From Bacillales bacterium (GTDB lineage: Bacteria; Bacillota_I; Bacilli_A; RF39; UBA660): a stretch of DNA of 56,927 nucleotides. Positions 1 through 10,507 of this stretch are shown one piece after another. The position numbers and the translations under genes are program-made. Position 1 is the stretch's first letter, and each line of letters begins with the position of its first letter. The notes beneath the pieces were generated by a model. That model was not told where the DNA came from and did no database searches. It saw only the letters and a program-made list of their open reading frames with translations. The stretch is from contig JAEEKZ010000047.1 of the NCBI GenBank assembly GCA_016288635.1, positions 1 to 56,927 on the forward strand, read 5' to 3'.

Positions 1-225
1 CAAATTCCACCCATTCAAGTAATACTTATTAACCATTTTGTTTTTAGAAAGCGTTTTATTTACTTCCTTAGTCAAAATATTAGTACTTTTACCATGAATA
101 ATACATACTACTTTCTTTTTCATCAAATAATTATCTTTAATAAATCCATTAACCAATGACTCCACCATTGAACTTACTTCACCATGCAAATCCAATCTTG
201 GAGTTGTACTCGTAACTATAACCAT
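1..225 (-). CDS. Small stand-alone Smr/MutS2-C domain protein (3' end runs off the window)
   Basis: Not in the ORF track. Manual translation MVIVTSTTPRLDLHGEVSSMVESLVNGFIKDNYLMKKKVVCIIHGKSTNIL...NGWNL has the Smr LDLHG and IIHGK motifs. Confidence 0.85.
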   Translation of the reverse strand, partial: MVIVTSTTPRLDLHGEVSSMVESLVNGFIKDNYLMKKKVVCIIHGKSTNILTKEVNKTLSKNKMVNKYYLNGWNL

Positions 226-227
226 TA

Positions 228-1385
228 CTATTGAGTTGGTGTATTATTAATTGTTGGTTGATTTCCTTGAACTGCTGTTACAGGAGGTGGATTAGTTGAT
301 GATGTTGGAGCAGCTGGCGTTGGAGCCGGTGCTGGTGCAGCTGGTGCAGCTGGTTGAGTTTGTTCAACCGCTTGTGCTGGTGCAGCAGGCTGTGTTGGAA
401 CTGCTGGTTGAGCAGGAGCCTGAGTCGTTGGAGCAGGTTGAGCCCCAGCTGCAGGTTTATCATTTGAAACTGCAACAGATCCTCCAAGTTTTTGAGTTAA
501 CGCTGTCATAACACTATTTAATGGTGGTATTGAATCGTGGCTACCTATTTTTTCAGTACTTAAACCACCCGCTATATTAGCAACTTGAATACTTTTTGGC
601 ATATCATAATTAACTGCTAGCGAATAAACAAATGCCCCAGCAAATATATCTTTTGCAGATGTTGTATCAATTGCTTTAGCATTTATACCTGTTGTAACAC
701 GAATTTGTCCATCAGCAGCAAATAAAGCTCCCCCATCCGCTAAAGTTATAATGAAATTAGTTCTATAATATTTTTCTACTAATATGTTAAATATTCCAGC
801 TAAAGTAGTTGGGCTTTGTAGATTAACTTGTTTTCCAGATATCTTTTCAGCCACTTCTTTAGATGCAATTACATATTTAGCATATTTACATAAATCGGCA
901 GTTTCAGCATTATATTCATCCGCAACAAGAACAGTAATTTTATCAGCAAATCTATTAAAAGCTGTCATTGCAGCATGATATTCTTTAGAGCTTGCTACTA
1001 CTATATCTGGACTTAGTGCCCATTCTTCTTTTCTAATTCTTGCGGTTGATTCAGATGTATCATACAATATTTTTCCACCAGTAGATTTATTAACAATAGA
1101 AACACGCATAGATGTTGGCTTATCAAAACTTGTATCCAAGTATTCAGTTTTAACACCAACTGATTCTAATTCTTTTCTAATAAAATTTCCATAATCATCT
1201 GATCCTACTATGGAAGAAATATAAGTTTCAATCCCCCATGTAGCAAGTAAATAAGAGATGGTTGGCGCCAAACCAGCACTGCCATCAACCTTATCCGTTA
1301 CAGAATATTTACTATTTTCTTTTGGAAATTCATCAGCTGGAAATGTAAATTCAAATGATGAAACTCCAATACATAACACCTTCAT
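228..1385 (-). CDS. PfkB/ribokinase-family protein with altered anion-hole motif and Pro/Ala/Gln-rich C-terminal tail
   Basis: VGSDDYG N-terminal PfkB motif; DTTSAKDIFAGAF in place of DTxGAGDxF; ANIAGG; last ~80 aa low complexity. Confidence 0.8.
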   Translation of the reverse strand: MKVLCIGVSSFEFTFPADEFPKENSKYSVTDKVDGSAGLAPTISYLLATWGIETYISSIVGSDDYGNFIRKELESVGVKTEYLDTSFDKPTSMRVSIVNKSTGGKILYDTSESTARIRKEEWALSPDIVVASSKEYHAAMTAFNRFADKITVLVADEYNAETADLCKYAKYVIASKEVAEKISGKQVNLQSPTTLAGIFNILVEKYYRTNFIITLADGGALFAADGQIRVTTGINAKAIDTTSAKDIFAGAFVYSLAVNYDMPKSIQVANIAGGLSTEKIGSHDSIPPLNSVMTALTQKLGGSVAVSNDKPAAGAQPAPTTQAPAQPAVPTQPAAPAQAVEQTQPAAPAAPAPAPTPAAPTSSTNPPPVTAVQGNQPTINNTPTQ

Positions 1386-1463
1386 ACAAACACCTCTTTA
1401 TTGTAACTTTATTATAATATATTTTTATTTAAATATCTATCATTTTAAAAAAAGAATATTAAA

Positions 1464-2890
<1,427 letters not shown>

Positions 2891-2900
2891 TCACAAAGAA

Positions 2901-2929
2901 ATTATAACATTTAAAAGTGGACAAAACAA
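2901..2929 (-). promoter_or_regulatory. Sigma-A promoter of tgt
   Basis: Minus strand TTGTTT-17 bp-TATAAT with TG extension. Confidence 0.6.
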
Positions 2930-2946
2930 CTTTATTATGCTATTAT
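2918..2946 (+). promoter_or_regulatory. Sigma-A promoter divergent from tgt, driving a putative sRNA
   Basis: TGGACA (2918-2923)-17 bp-TATTAT (2941-2946) with TG extended -10. Confidence 0.6.
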
Positions 2947-2947
2947 T

Positions 2948-3041
2948 AGCTTGCCGGGAAGCAATTCCGTCAGGCAAGATGCGAGCTATATTTATTATAG
3001 TTTTGTAGCATGAGGGCAACGATATTGCCCTCACTTTTTTT
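2948..3041 (+). ncRNA. Putative ~90-nt structured small RNA of unknown family
   Basis: GC-rich island in AT-rich spacer. Stem CTTGCC/GGCAAG enclosing GGAA-GCAA-TTCC (GNRA loop); second stem ATGC-GAGCTATA/TATAGTTT-GCAT; upstream promoter; intrinsic terminator. Confidence 0.6.
3011..3041 (+). terminator. Intrinsic terminator ending the putative sRNA
   Basis: TGAGGGCAA-cgata-TTGCCCTCA followed by C and T7 on the plus strand. Confidence 0.8.
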
Positions 3042-3063
3042 GCAAAAAAATAATAAGTATATT

Positions 3064-4044
3064 TTACTTATTACTTATAGATTCAAAATATTCATTAATT
3101 ATATTTAAGTACTCTTCCCTATTATTAGCATGACATAATTTAACCTTTGTCTCTTTAGCATTAGGAAGCCCTTTTAAATAATACATAAGCATACTTCTAA
3201 GTTCTAATGTTGCTTCAACCTGTGATTTATCGCTATATAAATAATCCATATGCTGAACCATCATATTATGAACGTCCTCAATTGAATGTGATGATGGTTT
3301 TTTACCATCTAAATATTCTACTGTTTCTTTAATTAACCACGGATTACCAAGTATTCCCCTACCAATCATTACCGAAGTACATCCTGTTTCATCAATCATT
3401 CTTTTAGCATCTTGATATGTTACTATATCACCATTTCCAATTACTGGAATACTAACATTATCCACAACTTCTTTAATAATACCCCAATCGGCCTTACCGG
3501 AATAGCCTTGTGATCTAGTTCTAGCGTGAATAGCTATAGCACTAGCTCCATTCTTTTCAATTATTTTAGCTACCTCTACAGCATTAATACTTTTTTCATC
3601 CCATCCACTTCTTATTTTAACTGTAACAGGACAACTAACACTTTTTACAACAGCTTTAACTATTTTACCAATCTTTTCTGGATCCTTTAATAAAGCTGAA
3701 CCAGCTTGTGCTCTAAGAGCAACTTTGGGAACCGGACAGCCCATATTAATATCAATAATATCAGGATGCATGTTTTCTTCAACTAGCTTAGCTGCTTTTA
3801 CAAAATCATCTACATCCGAACCAAATATTTGTTGAGAAATTGGCCTTTCCATCTCATCCATTTTTAGCAAATCAAAAGTTTTCTTACTACCATATACTAA
3901 AGCTTTATCAGAAACCATTTCAGCTACAACTAAAGCAGCACCCATTTCCTTACATATCTTACGATAAGAAGTATTAGTTACTCCAGCCATTGGAGCAACA
4001 ACAACTTGGTTTTTTAGTTTAACATTACCAATTTTCCATTCCAT
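3064..4044 (-). CDS. dusB: tRNA-dihydrouridine synthase (DusB/NifR3 family)
   Basis: APMAGVT, DINMGCP, VTVKIRSGW, IHARTR, IGNGDI, VMIGRG. Confidence 0.95.
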   Translation of the reverse strand: MEWKIGNVKLKNQVVVAPMAGVTNTSYRKICKEMGAALVVAEMVSDKALVYGSKKTFDLLKMDEMERPISQQIFGSDVDDFVKAAKLVEENMHPDIIDINMGCPVPKVALRAQAGSALLKDPEKIGKIVKAVVKSVSCPVTVKIRSGWDEKSINAVEVAKIIEKNGASAIAIHARTRSQGYSGKADWGIIKEVVDNVSIPVIGNGDIVTYQDAKRMIDETGCTSVMIGRGILGNPWLIKETVEYLDGKKPSSHSIEDVHNMMVQHMDYLYSDKSQVEATLELRSMLMYYLKGLPNAKETKVKLCHANNREEYLNIINEYFESISNK

Positions 4045-4081
4045 CTAGTTCACCCTCAAACTTCCTTTATATTATCAAAAT

Positions 4082-4109
4082 AAAAAAAGAATATCAAATA
4101 ATATTCTTT
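4082..4109 (-). terminator. Intrinsic terminator after pduL
   Basis: Minus strand AAAGAATAT-loop-ATATTCTTT plus T run. Confidence 0.6.
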
Positions 4110-4668
4110 AATATTCTAAATCTATTATATCTCCAGAATTAAGTGCAAAAGCTGCAGCTTCATCTGTATCAATATGTGTTTCAAAGAAACCATCATCACT
4201 TACTTTAAACACAGCATTTAATGTTCCTCCTTTTATACCAGGAACTTTTAATGTACATGGCTGTTTATCCTTAATTCCGAGTTCAGCTGCTTCTTTTGTA
4301 TTCATATGAACATGTCTATGAGCAATAATACATCCTTCAATAGTAATTTCTGCTTTTGGTGTAACTAAAGTGATTTTTTCACTATTAGCAACATCTCCAC
4401 TATCTCTAACTGGTGGATTTAAGCCAAATTTTCTAGCATCCGTTTTAGATATTTCAATTTGATTATATTTTCTAAATGGTCCTAATATTCTAACATTAGG
4501 TATTTCTGTCTTTTCTGTTTTCAAAGTTAATGTTTGATTACTAGCAAATTGACCAATTTGATTTAAATCGTTCTTCTTAGTTAATTCCTCATCAAATAAT
4601 AACTTATATGTTTCTTCTGTTAAATGAACATGTCTATTACTAACCCCAACTGATACTTTTGTTTCCAT
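4108..4668 (-). CDS. pduL: PduL-family phosphate acyltransferase
   Basis: VSNRHVHL, GQFA, VRILGP, QIEIS, PVRDSGD, RHVHM, HIDTDEA. Confidence 0.92.
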   Translation of the reverse strand: METKVSVGVSNRHVHLTEETYKLLFDEELTKKNDLNQIGQFASNQTLTLKTEKTEIPNVRILGPFRKYNQIEISKTDARKFGLNPPVRDSGDVANSEKITLVTPKAEITIEGCIIAHRHVHMNTKEAAELGIKDKQPCTLKVPGIKGGTLNAVFKVSDDGFFETHIDTDEAAAFALNSGDIIDLEY

Positions 4669-4679
4669 TCTCTACTCCT

Positions 4680-5300
4680 TTAATTATTTATACTTAAATT
4701 CTTTATATCAACAAATTCTTTACCTTTATATGTAATTTCATATATATTACATAATTGCCCTGTATTATCTAATATAATTTTATCATTTTGAGTTAAAACT
4801 AAACTCTCATCTAAATTATAACCCACCTCAATATAATTAATTAAATAAGCTAAAATACATCTTTTAGGCATAAATACAGCAACCTGATTATAACCATCTT
4901 CTAATACTTCATCAATAAATGCCGTGACTCTTTTACTACACTCATTTAATGACTCTCCCTTTTCAAGTTTAAAATCAAAATTCCTTTCTTGGAAATAGCT
5001 TAGCATCTTGATACTTTTACCCTCTAGATTACCTATTTTACAATCATATATTTTTTTATTAACATTTATAAGTAAATCTTTTTCATAAGCTAAGTTCTTA
5101 GCTAACTCAATTGATCCAAAACTCATATCGCTATATATTGCCTCAATATTATCAAATTCTTCCATCTTAGCAAGTTTTTTAGATACCATATCTCCCTTTG
5201 GATTAAGTGTTCTAAACTTCTTCTTTATTTCAATATCGGTTTCATTAGTAAAAACGATATTATTACTTAATTCTGTACTTGCAATTAAAAATATTTTCAT
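4680..5300 (-). CDS. Degenerate histidine-phosphatase (PGM-like) fold protein
   Basis: MKIFLI start, IYS, KIG, GESLNE pattern of the family; the catalytic RHG and second His are absent. Confidence 0.6.
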   Translation of the reverse strand: MKIFLIASTELSNNIVFTNETDIEIKKKFRTLNPKGDMVSKKLAKMEEFDNIEAIYSDMSFGSIELAKNLAYEKDLLINVNKKIYDCKIGNLEGKSIKMLSYFQERNFDFKLEKGESLNECSKRVTAFIDEVLEDGYNQVAVFMPKRCILAYLINYIEVGYNLDESLVLTQNDKIILDNTGQLCNIYEITYKGKEFVDIKNLSINN

Positions 5301-5800
5301 TTTACTAAACCTCCAATTATACCAAACGAAATAATATACATTATGATACTAGCTAGCACTAATCCTAAAGCAATAGATAAGAAAGCTTTCTTTTTATCCA
5401 TATCTAGGACTGACGCAATTAAAGCTCCAGTCCAAGCCCCAGTAACAGGAAGAGGAATAGCAACAAATATTGCTAAACCTATATATTGTAGTCTTTCAAT
5501 TGAGTCTTTTCTTTTATCAGCTTTTTTTAAACACCATTCAACGACTTTAGACATAAATTTTCTTTTCTTTAACCAGTCAAATAATGGCATTATGAAAGCT
5601 AAAATAAATGGTATAGGTAATAAATTACCTAAATAGCAAATTATAATACTTGGTATTGGTTTTAAGCCGAGTAATGATGCTGCAATTAAGCCGCCTCTTA
5701 ATTCAAGAATAGGCATCATTGAAATAATAAATGTAATTACATACCTGTTTTTAATAAAAGCTAGTACACCAATTAACCATTTAGCTAACTTTTCTGCCAT
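5297..5800 (-). CDS. Small multidrug-export-like membrane protein (COG2426 type)
   Basis: SMMPILELRGG and FVAIPLPVTGAWTG motifs; several TM helices. Confidence 0.88.
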   Translation of the reverse strand: MAEKLAKWLIGVLAFIKNRYVITFIISMMPILELRGGLIAASLLGLKPIPSIIICYLGNLLPIPFILAFIMPLFDWLKKRKFMSKVVEWCLKKADKRKDSIERLQYIGLAIFVAIPLPVTGAWTGALIASVLDMDKKKAFLSIALGLVLASIIMYIISFGIIGGLVK

Positions 5801-5801
5801 A

Positions 5802-6887
5802 TTATTTATTATCCTTTCCGGAATGAGTTACCAACAAATCAATATCTACATTATTAATGTTATCAAATTTCTTGGTTATTTTGTCGCTAGTAATTTGTAA
5901 TTCATCAATGGATGCATTAACACTCTTAACATTTTTAGCTAACTTATCCCAACGTTCTTTATATCTTGAGAATTCAACACTTAATTTATTTAATTCATCA
6001 TGAATAACTTGCGTATATTTATCTCTTTCCATATTCTTTAAAATCATGCTTATAATAGATAATGTACTAATCAATGTAGTTGGACCCGTAATCCACACCT
6101 TTTTATTATACGCATAAGTAAGTAATTCTGTATGATACGCATTAATTTCTGCGAATATTGCCTCAGCTGGCAAAAACATTATAGCTTCTTCTGTCGTTTC
6201 TCCTGGAACAATATATTTAGATGATATTGCATCAATATGTTTCTTAACATCAGAAACAAAAGCTTTTTCATATATAAGTCTTTCTTCTCTAGATCTACTC
6301 TTATCAGTCATCTTCTGATAACTCTCAAGTGGAAATTTTGAATCTATTGATATTGTTCCAAGAGGAGCTGGTGCATATAATAACGCATCAACTATATAGC
6401 CATTTTTAAATTTATGCTGTGTTTCATATATTCCAGATGATTTAGCTCCAAATGCATTTTGTAAGATATACTCTAGATTTACTTCCCCAAAAGTACCTCT
6501 AGTCTTTTTATCAGTTAATACACTTTGCAAAGAAACTATCTCAGTAGATAATCCATCAATCTTCTTTTGCGCTTCATCAATCTTAGTAAGTCTTTCTAAT
6601 ACATTAGCAAAAGTTTTATTTGTTTTTTCAAAACTCTTATCTAATCTATCGTTTACTTTTTCATTTATCGCAAGAAGATTTCTCTCAATTTTATCATTCA
6701 TCTTTTCAAAATCGTTATGCATATTTTTACTAAAATCATACTTAAAATTACCAATTTCTTTATTGATATTAGCTTCAAAATGTCCTAATCTTTCGATAAG
6801 TTCAATATTCTTGTTTCTTCTAAATATGGATATTATAAGTAATATTATTACTACTACAAGTAATCCAATTATTATATAATCTAACAT
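5802..6887 (-). CDS. rmuC: DNA recombination protein RmuC
   Basis: N-terminal TM plus coiled coil, KTRGTFGE, IDSKFP, AIMFLPAE, GPTTL; start at the ATG after the AGAGGT RBS. Confidence 0.93.
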   Translation of the reverse strand: MLDYIIIGLLVVVIILLIISIFRRNKNIELIERLGHFEANINKEIGNFKYDFSKNMHNDFEKMNDKIERNLLAINEKVNDRLDKSFEKTNKTFANVLERLTKIDEAQKKIDGLSTEIVSLQSVLTDKKTRGTFGEVNLEYILQNAFGAKSSGIYETQHKFKNGYIVDALLYAPAPLGTISIDSKFPLESYQKMTDKSRSREERLIYEKAFVSDVKKHIDAISSKYIVPGETTEEAIMFLPAEAIFAEINAYHTELLTYAYNKKVWITGPTTLISTLSIISMILKNMERDKYTQVIHDELNKLSVEFSRYKERWDKLAKNVKSVNASIDELQITSDKITKKFDNINNVDIDLLVTHSGKDNK

Positions 6888-6956
6888 TTTATTACCTCTA
6901 AATAAGTATACCATAAATAAGTACTATTAGACTAAAAAACTGTCTATTAAGACAGT

Positions 6957-7577
6957 TTATTTTGAAAGATTATGAGCTTTATTGAATAGTTTGTTATAAA
7001 TATCAAATTCTTCAAGCTTTTCATTAATGTTTTTATTAATATTTTTTTCTAACTTAGCAGTAGCCTTACAATAACCGGTTGTAAGAATAACTCTTATTGC
7101 ATCTATTCCCAAAGTAGGAATAACTGATTTTTTAACAAAGCCGATTTTTTGTAAATCTTTTGAATCTAATTCTCCAAGAGCTTTACGATATGCTCCTTCT
7201 TGCTTACGTAATTCTTTAGAATCTAAATCATCTAATATTGCCAAGTATTTAAAAACAGTTCTTTTATAATCAATTCTAACGATTCTCTTTTTATTACTAA
7301 TTGATGATAAATACTTTTCTAACTCGCATCTAATAGGTAAGTGATAAGAATATCCACCTTGTTTAAATACGGATATAATTATTTCACTAGTCTTGTTAGT
7401 AGCTTGATCGATTTGAGCAATATTTCTAATAGTTCTCAAACTATTTAATTCAGATTCGTATTTACATAATAATGCAACATCTTTTTTTAGCAACGCTAAA
7501 TCTTTGTCTTTTTTAATATTTCTTTTTGTAGCATTTATATCATTTAATACACTTTTTACAGTTCTTCTCTCGCTCAC
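6957..7577 (-). CDS. Hypothetical basic, helical protein
   Basis: 206-aa ORF with AGAGGTG RBS, GTG start and its own terminator; no motif recognised. Confidence 0.7.
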   Translation of the reverse strand: MSERRTVKSVLNDINATKRNIKKDKDLALLKKDVALLCKYESELNSLRTIRNIAQIDQATNKTSEIIISVFKQGGYSYHLPIRCELEKYLSSISNKKRIVRIDYKRTVFKYLAILDDLDSKELRKQEGAYRKALGELDSKDLQKIGFVKKSVIPTLGIDAIRVILTTGYCKATAKLEKNINKNINEKLEEFDIYNKLFNKAHNLSK

Positions 7578-7654
7578 TTTAAGAACACCTCTTTATTCTA
7601 TACAAAATTATACAATATTACCCATTAAATTTCTATAGATAAATTAAAAAAAGA

Positions 7655-8926
7655 CTATTTTGTAGTCTTTTCATTTTCTTTCTTGATTAATTCTAAAGCT
7701 TTATGCATTCTTAAATCATATTCAACAACTTCTAAAGAACCAAATTCTTTAATTAATTCATCTTTAGATACGCCATACATTTTAGCAACTTCTTCTGCTC
7801 TCTCATCAACTTCTTTTTTAGTTGTTTTAATCTTTTCAGCTTCAGCAACTGCATCAATTAAATATCTATATTTTAATGTCTTAAGAGCTTCTGGTTCCAT
7901 TTGCTTATGTAAATCTTCATGAGTTGTATTTGTAAATTTATAATATAAATCTAAACTCATACCTTGTTGAGCAAGTCTTTGCTCATATTGATGCATCATT
8001 CTATGAACTTCAGCATCAACAATTCTATCATCAATAGTTACCTTCATATTATCGGCAGCTTTAGCTAAACATTTTTCAACAAAATCATCATCTAAATGAG
8101 CTTGTTTATGAGCAACTAAATCAGCTTTAACTTTCTTTTCTAATTCTTCTTTAGTAGTTACTTCTTCATAACCTAAATCTTCAAAGAAATCTTTATTAAT
8201 TTCAGGTAATTTACGAGCTTTAACTTCATTAACTTTTACTTCAAAAACAACTGGTTTTCCTTTTAATTCAGGTGTGTAGTTCTCAGGGAATTTTAAGTCA
8301 AGACTAACAGTTTCACCCTTCTTAACACCAACTAATTTATCTTCAAATCCAGGTATAAAAGATCCTGATCCAATTTCAAGTGAATAATTTTCAGCAGTAC
8401 CGCCTTCAAATGCTTTGCCATCAACAAATCCTTTGAAGTCAATTATGGCAGTATCGCCTTTTTCAATAACTCCACCTTTTTTAACAACTAAATCAGCATA
8501 TTCTTCTTGTAAATGTTTAATTTGTTCTTCAACTTCTTCTTTAGTTACTTTAGCTTTTTCAAGTTTAATTCCTAAATTCTTATATTCACCTAATTTAACT
8601 TCTGGTTTAGTAATAATAGTAAACTTTAAAGTAATTGCTTTTTCATCTACTTTAACAATACTAGTTTCAGGTTCAATAACAGGAATTAAGTCGCCAACTT
8701 CTTTCTTTTCAGTTACTTTCTTATAACCTACTTGGCAAGCTTCATCAAATGCATCTTGATATAATGATTCAACACCATATTTCTTTAAGAAAACATCTTT
8801 AGGAGCATGTCCTTGTCTAAAACCATCTACTTTAGTTTTTTTATTAGCTTTTTCAAAAGCATTATCTAAGCATTTTAGCCATTCATCTTTTAATTCAATT
8901 TCAAATTCATGTATATTTTTTTCCAT
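7655..8926 (-). CDS. tig: Trigger factor
   Basis: GFRQGHAP ribosome-binding motif; FKBP domain (FEGG, FIPGFE). Confidence 0.96.
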   Translation of the reverse strand: MEKNIHEFEIELKDEWLKCLDNAFEKANKKTKVDGFRQGHAPKDVFLKKYGVESLYQDAFDEACQVGYKKVTEKKEVGDLIPVIEPETSIVKVDEKAITLKFTIITKPEVKLGEYKNLGIKLEKAKVTKEEVEEQIKHLQEEYADLVVKKGGVIEKGDTAIIDFKGFVDGKAFEGGTAENYSLEIGSGSFIPGFEDKLVGVKKGETVSLDLKFPENYTPELKGKPVVFEVKVNEVKARKLPEINKDFFEDLGYEEVTTKEELEKKVKADLVAHKQAHLDDDFVEKCLAKAADNMKVTIDDRIVDAEVHRMMHQYEQRLAQQGMSLDLYYKFTNTTHEDLHKQMEPEALKTLKYRYLIDAVAEAEKIKTTKKEVDERAEEVAKMYGVSKDELIKEFGSLEVVEYDLRMHKALELIKKENEKTTK

Positions 8927-9036
8927 AATTCCTCTTTTCCTGTGATATTATACCTTATTTTTTTGATATTTACAACCAAATTACCCCACCATTTAATAGA
9001 TTTTATCAATAAAAAAGAGTCTATTTGACTCTATTT

Positions 9037-10413
9037 TTAAATATCTGTATTTTTTGAAATGTAATCAACTAATTTATCAATTGGTAATGTAATTTGTTCC
9101 ATTGTATCTCTTGATCTAACTGTTACAGTATCGTTATTTAATGAATTATCATCAATTGTAATACAAAATGGTGTTCCGCATGCATCAGAACGACGATATC
9201 TTTTACCAATTGAACCTGATTCATCTACACTGCATTGGAAATGCTTACATAGCATTGCATATACATCGTTTGCTTTATCAGCATGTACTTTCTTAATTAA
9301 AGGTAAAATAGTAGCTTTAATTGGTGCCAATGCTGGATGTATTTTCAATACTATTCTTTCTTCATTGTCTACCATTTCTTTTGTATAAGCATTGCTTAAC
9401 AAAGCAAGTAATAATCTATCTAGACCCACTGAAGGTTCAATAACATATGGTAAGTACTTTTCATTAGTTTCAGGATCAACTACTCTTAAATCTTGTTTAG
9501 AATGCTCCATATGAGTATTTAAATCATAGTCTGTACGATCTGCAACGCCCCATAGTTCTCCCCATCCAAATGGGAATTCAAATTCAATATCAGTAGTAGC
9601 CTTACTATAGAAAGCTAATTCTTCTTTAGCATGATCTCTATATCTTAATTTATTTTTATCTAATCCTAATGTCTTTAAGAATTCTAAACAGAAACTTTTC
9701 CAATAACCAAACCACTCTAAATCATCACCGGGTTTACAAAAGAACTCTAATTCCATTTGTTCAAATTCTCTTGTTCTAAAAATAAAGTTACCTGGAGTTA
9801 TTTCGTTTCTAAACGCTTTACCAGTTTGACAAACACCAAATGGTAATTTAAGTCTCATTGCTCTTTCAATATTCTTAAAGTTAACAAATATACCTTGAGC
9901 AGTTTCTCCACGTAGATATACAACTGATTTAGTATCTTCAGTTACACCCATATGTGTTTCAAATAATAAATTAAACTTTCTAATTGGCGTAAAATCACAC
10001 TTACCACAAACAGGACATTTAACTTTATTATCTTTAATATAAGCTTCTAATTTTTCATTATCCCATCCATCACCAGTTTCTTTTCCTTTAGAGAAATCCT
10101 CAATAAGCTTATCCGCTCTATGACGAGACTTACATTGTTTACAATCGATTAGGGGATCAGCAAAACTAGCTACATGACCAGATGCAACCCAAACATTTGG
10201 ATTCATTAATATTGCAGAATCAAGTCCATAGTTATATGGATTTTCTTGAATAAATTTCTTCTTCCAAACATTACGTAAATTTTCTTTTAAAAGTGTTCCT
10301 AGAGGACCGTAATCCCAAGCATTAGCTAAACCACCATATATTTCACTTCCTTGGAAAATAAAACCATATTGCTTAGCATAATTAACTAGCTCATCCATTT
10401 TAATTTGCTCCAT
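9037..10413 (-). CDS. glyQS: Glycine--tRNA ligase (alpha2 type)
   Basis: IYGG, WDYGPLG, LRGETAQG, FRNEITP, REFEQME, IEPSVG, SIGKRYRR. Confidence 0.96.
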   Translation of the reverse strand: MEQIKMDELVNYAKQYGFIFQGSEIYGGLANAWDYGPLGTLLKENLRNVWKKKFIQENPYNYGLDSAILMNPNVWVASGHVASFADPLIDCKQCKSRHRADKLIEDFSKGKETGDGWDNEKLEAYIKDNKVKCPVCGKCDFTPIRKFNLLFETHMGVTEDTKSVVYLRGETAQGIFVNFKNIERAMRLKLPFGVCQTGKAFRNEITPGNFIFRTREFEQMELEFFCKPGDDLEWFGYWKSFCLEFLKTLGLDKNKLRYRDHAKEELAFYSKATTDIEFEFPFGWGELWGVADRTDYDLNTHMEHSKQDLRVVDPETNEKYLPYVIEPSVGLDRLLLALLSNAYTKEMVDNEERIVLKIHPALAPIKATILPLIKKVHADKANDVYAMLCKHFQCSVDESGSIGKRYRRSDACGTPFCITIDDNSLNNDTVTVRSRDTMEQITLPIDKLVDYISKNTDI

Positions 10414-10507
10414 ACTAACACTCCTTCATAACAATGAAAATTATAACACAATCAATAACTTGAAACAACTAATTATTAATTATATAATTAACTAGGAGTG
10501 ATTAAGT

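Noticed and set aside
278-511. Short alternative-frame ORFs over the PfkB tail
   Set aside because: Shadow ORFs produced by the repetitive Pro/Ala/Gln codons; no RBS
10414-10507. T-box upstream of glyQS
   Set aside because: The spacer is only 94 nt, holds divergent promoters and has no GGTGGNAC motif
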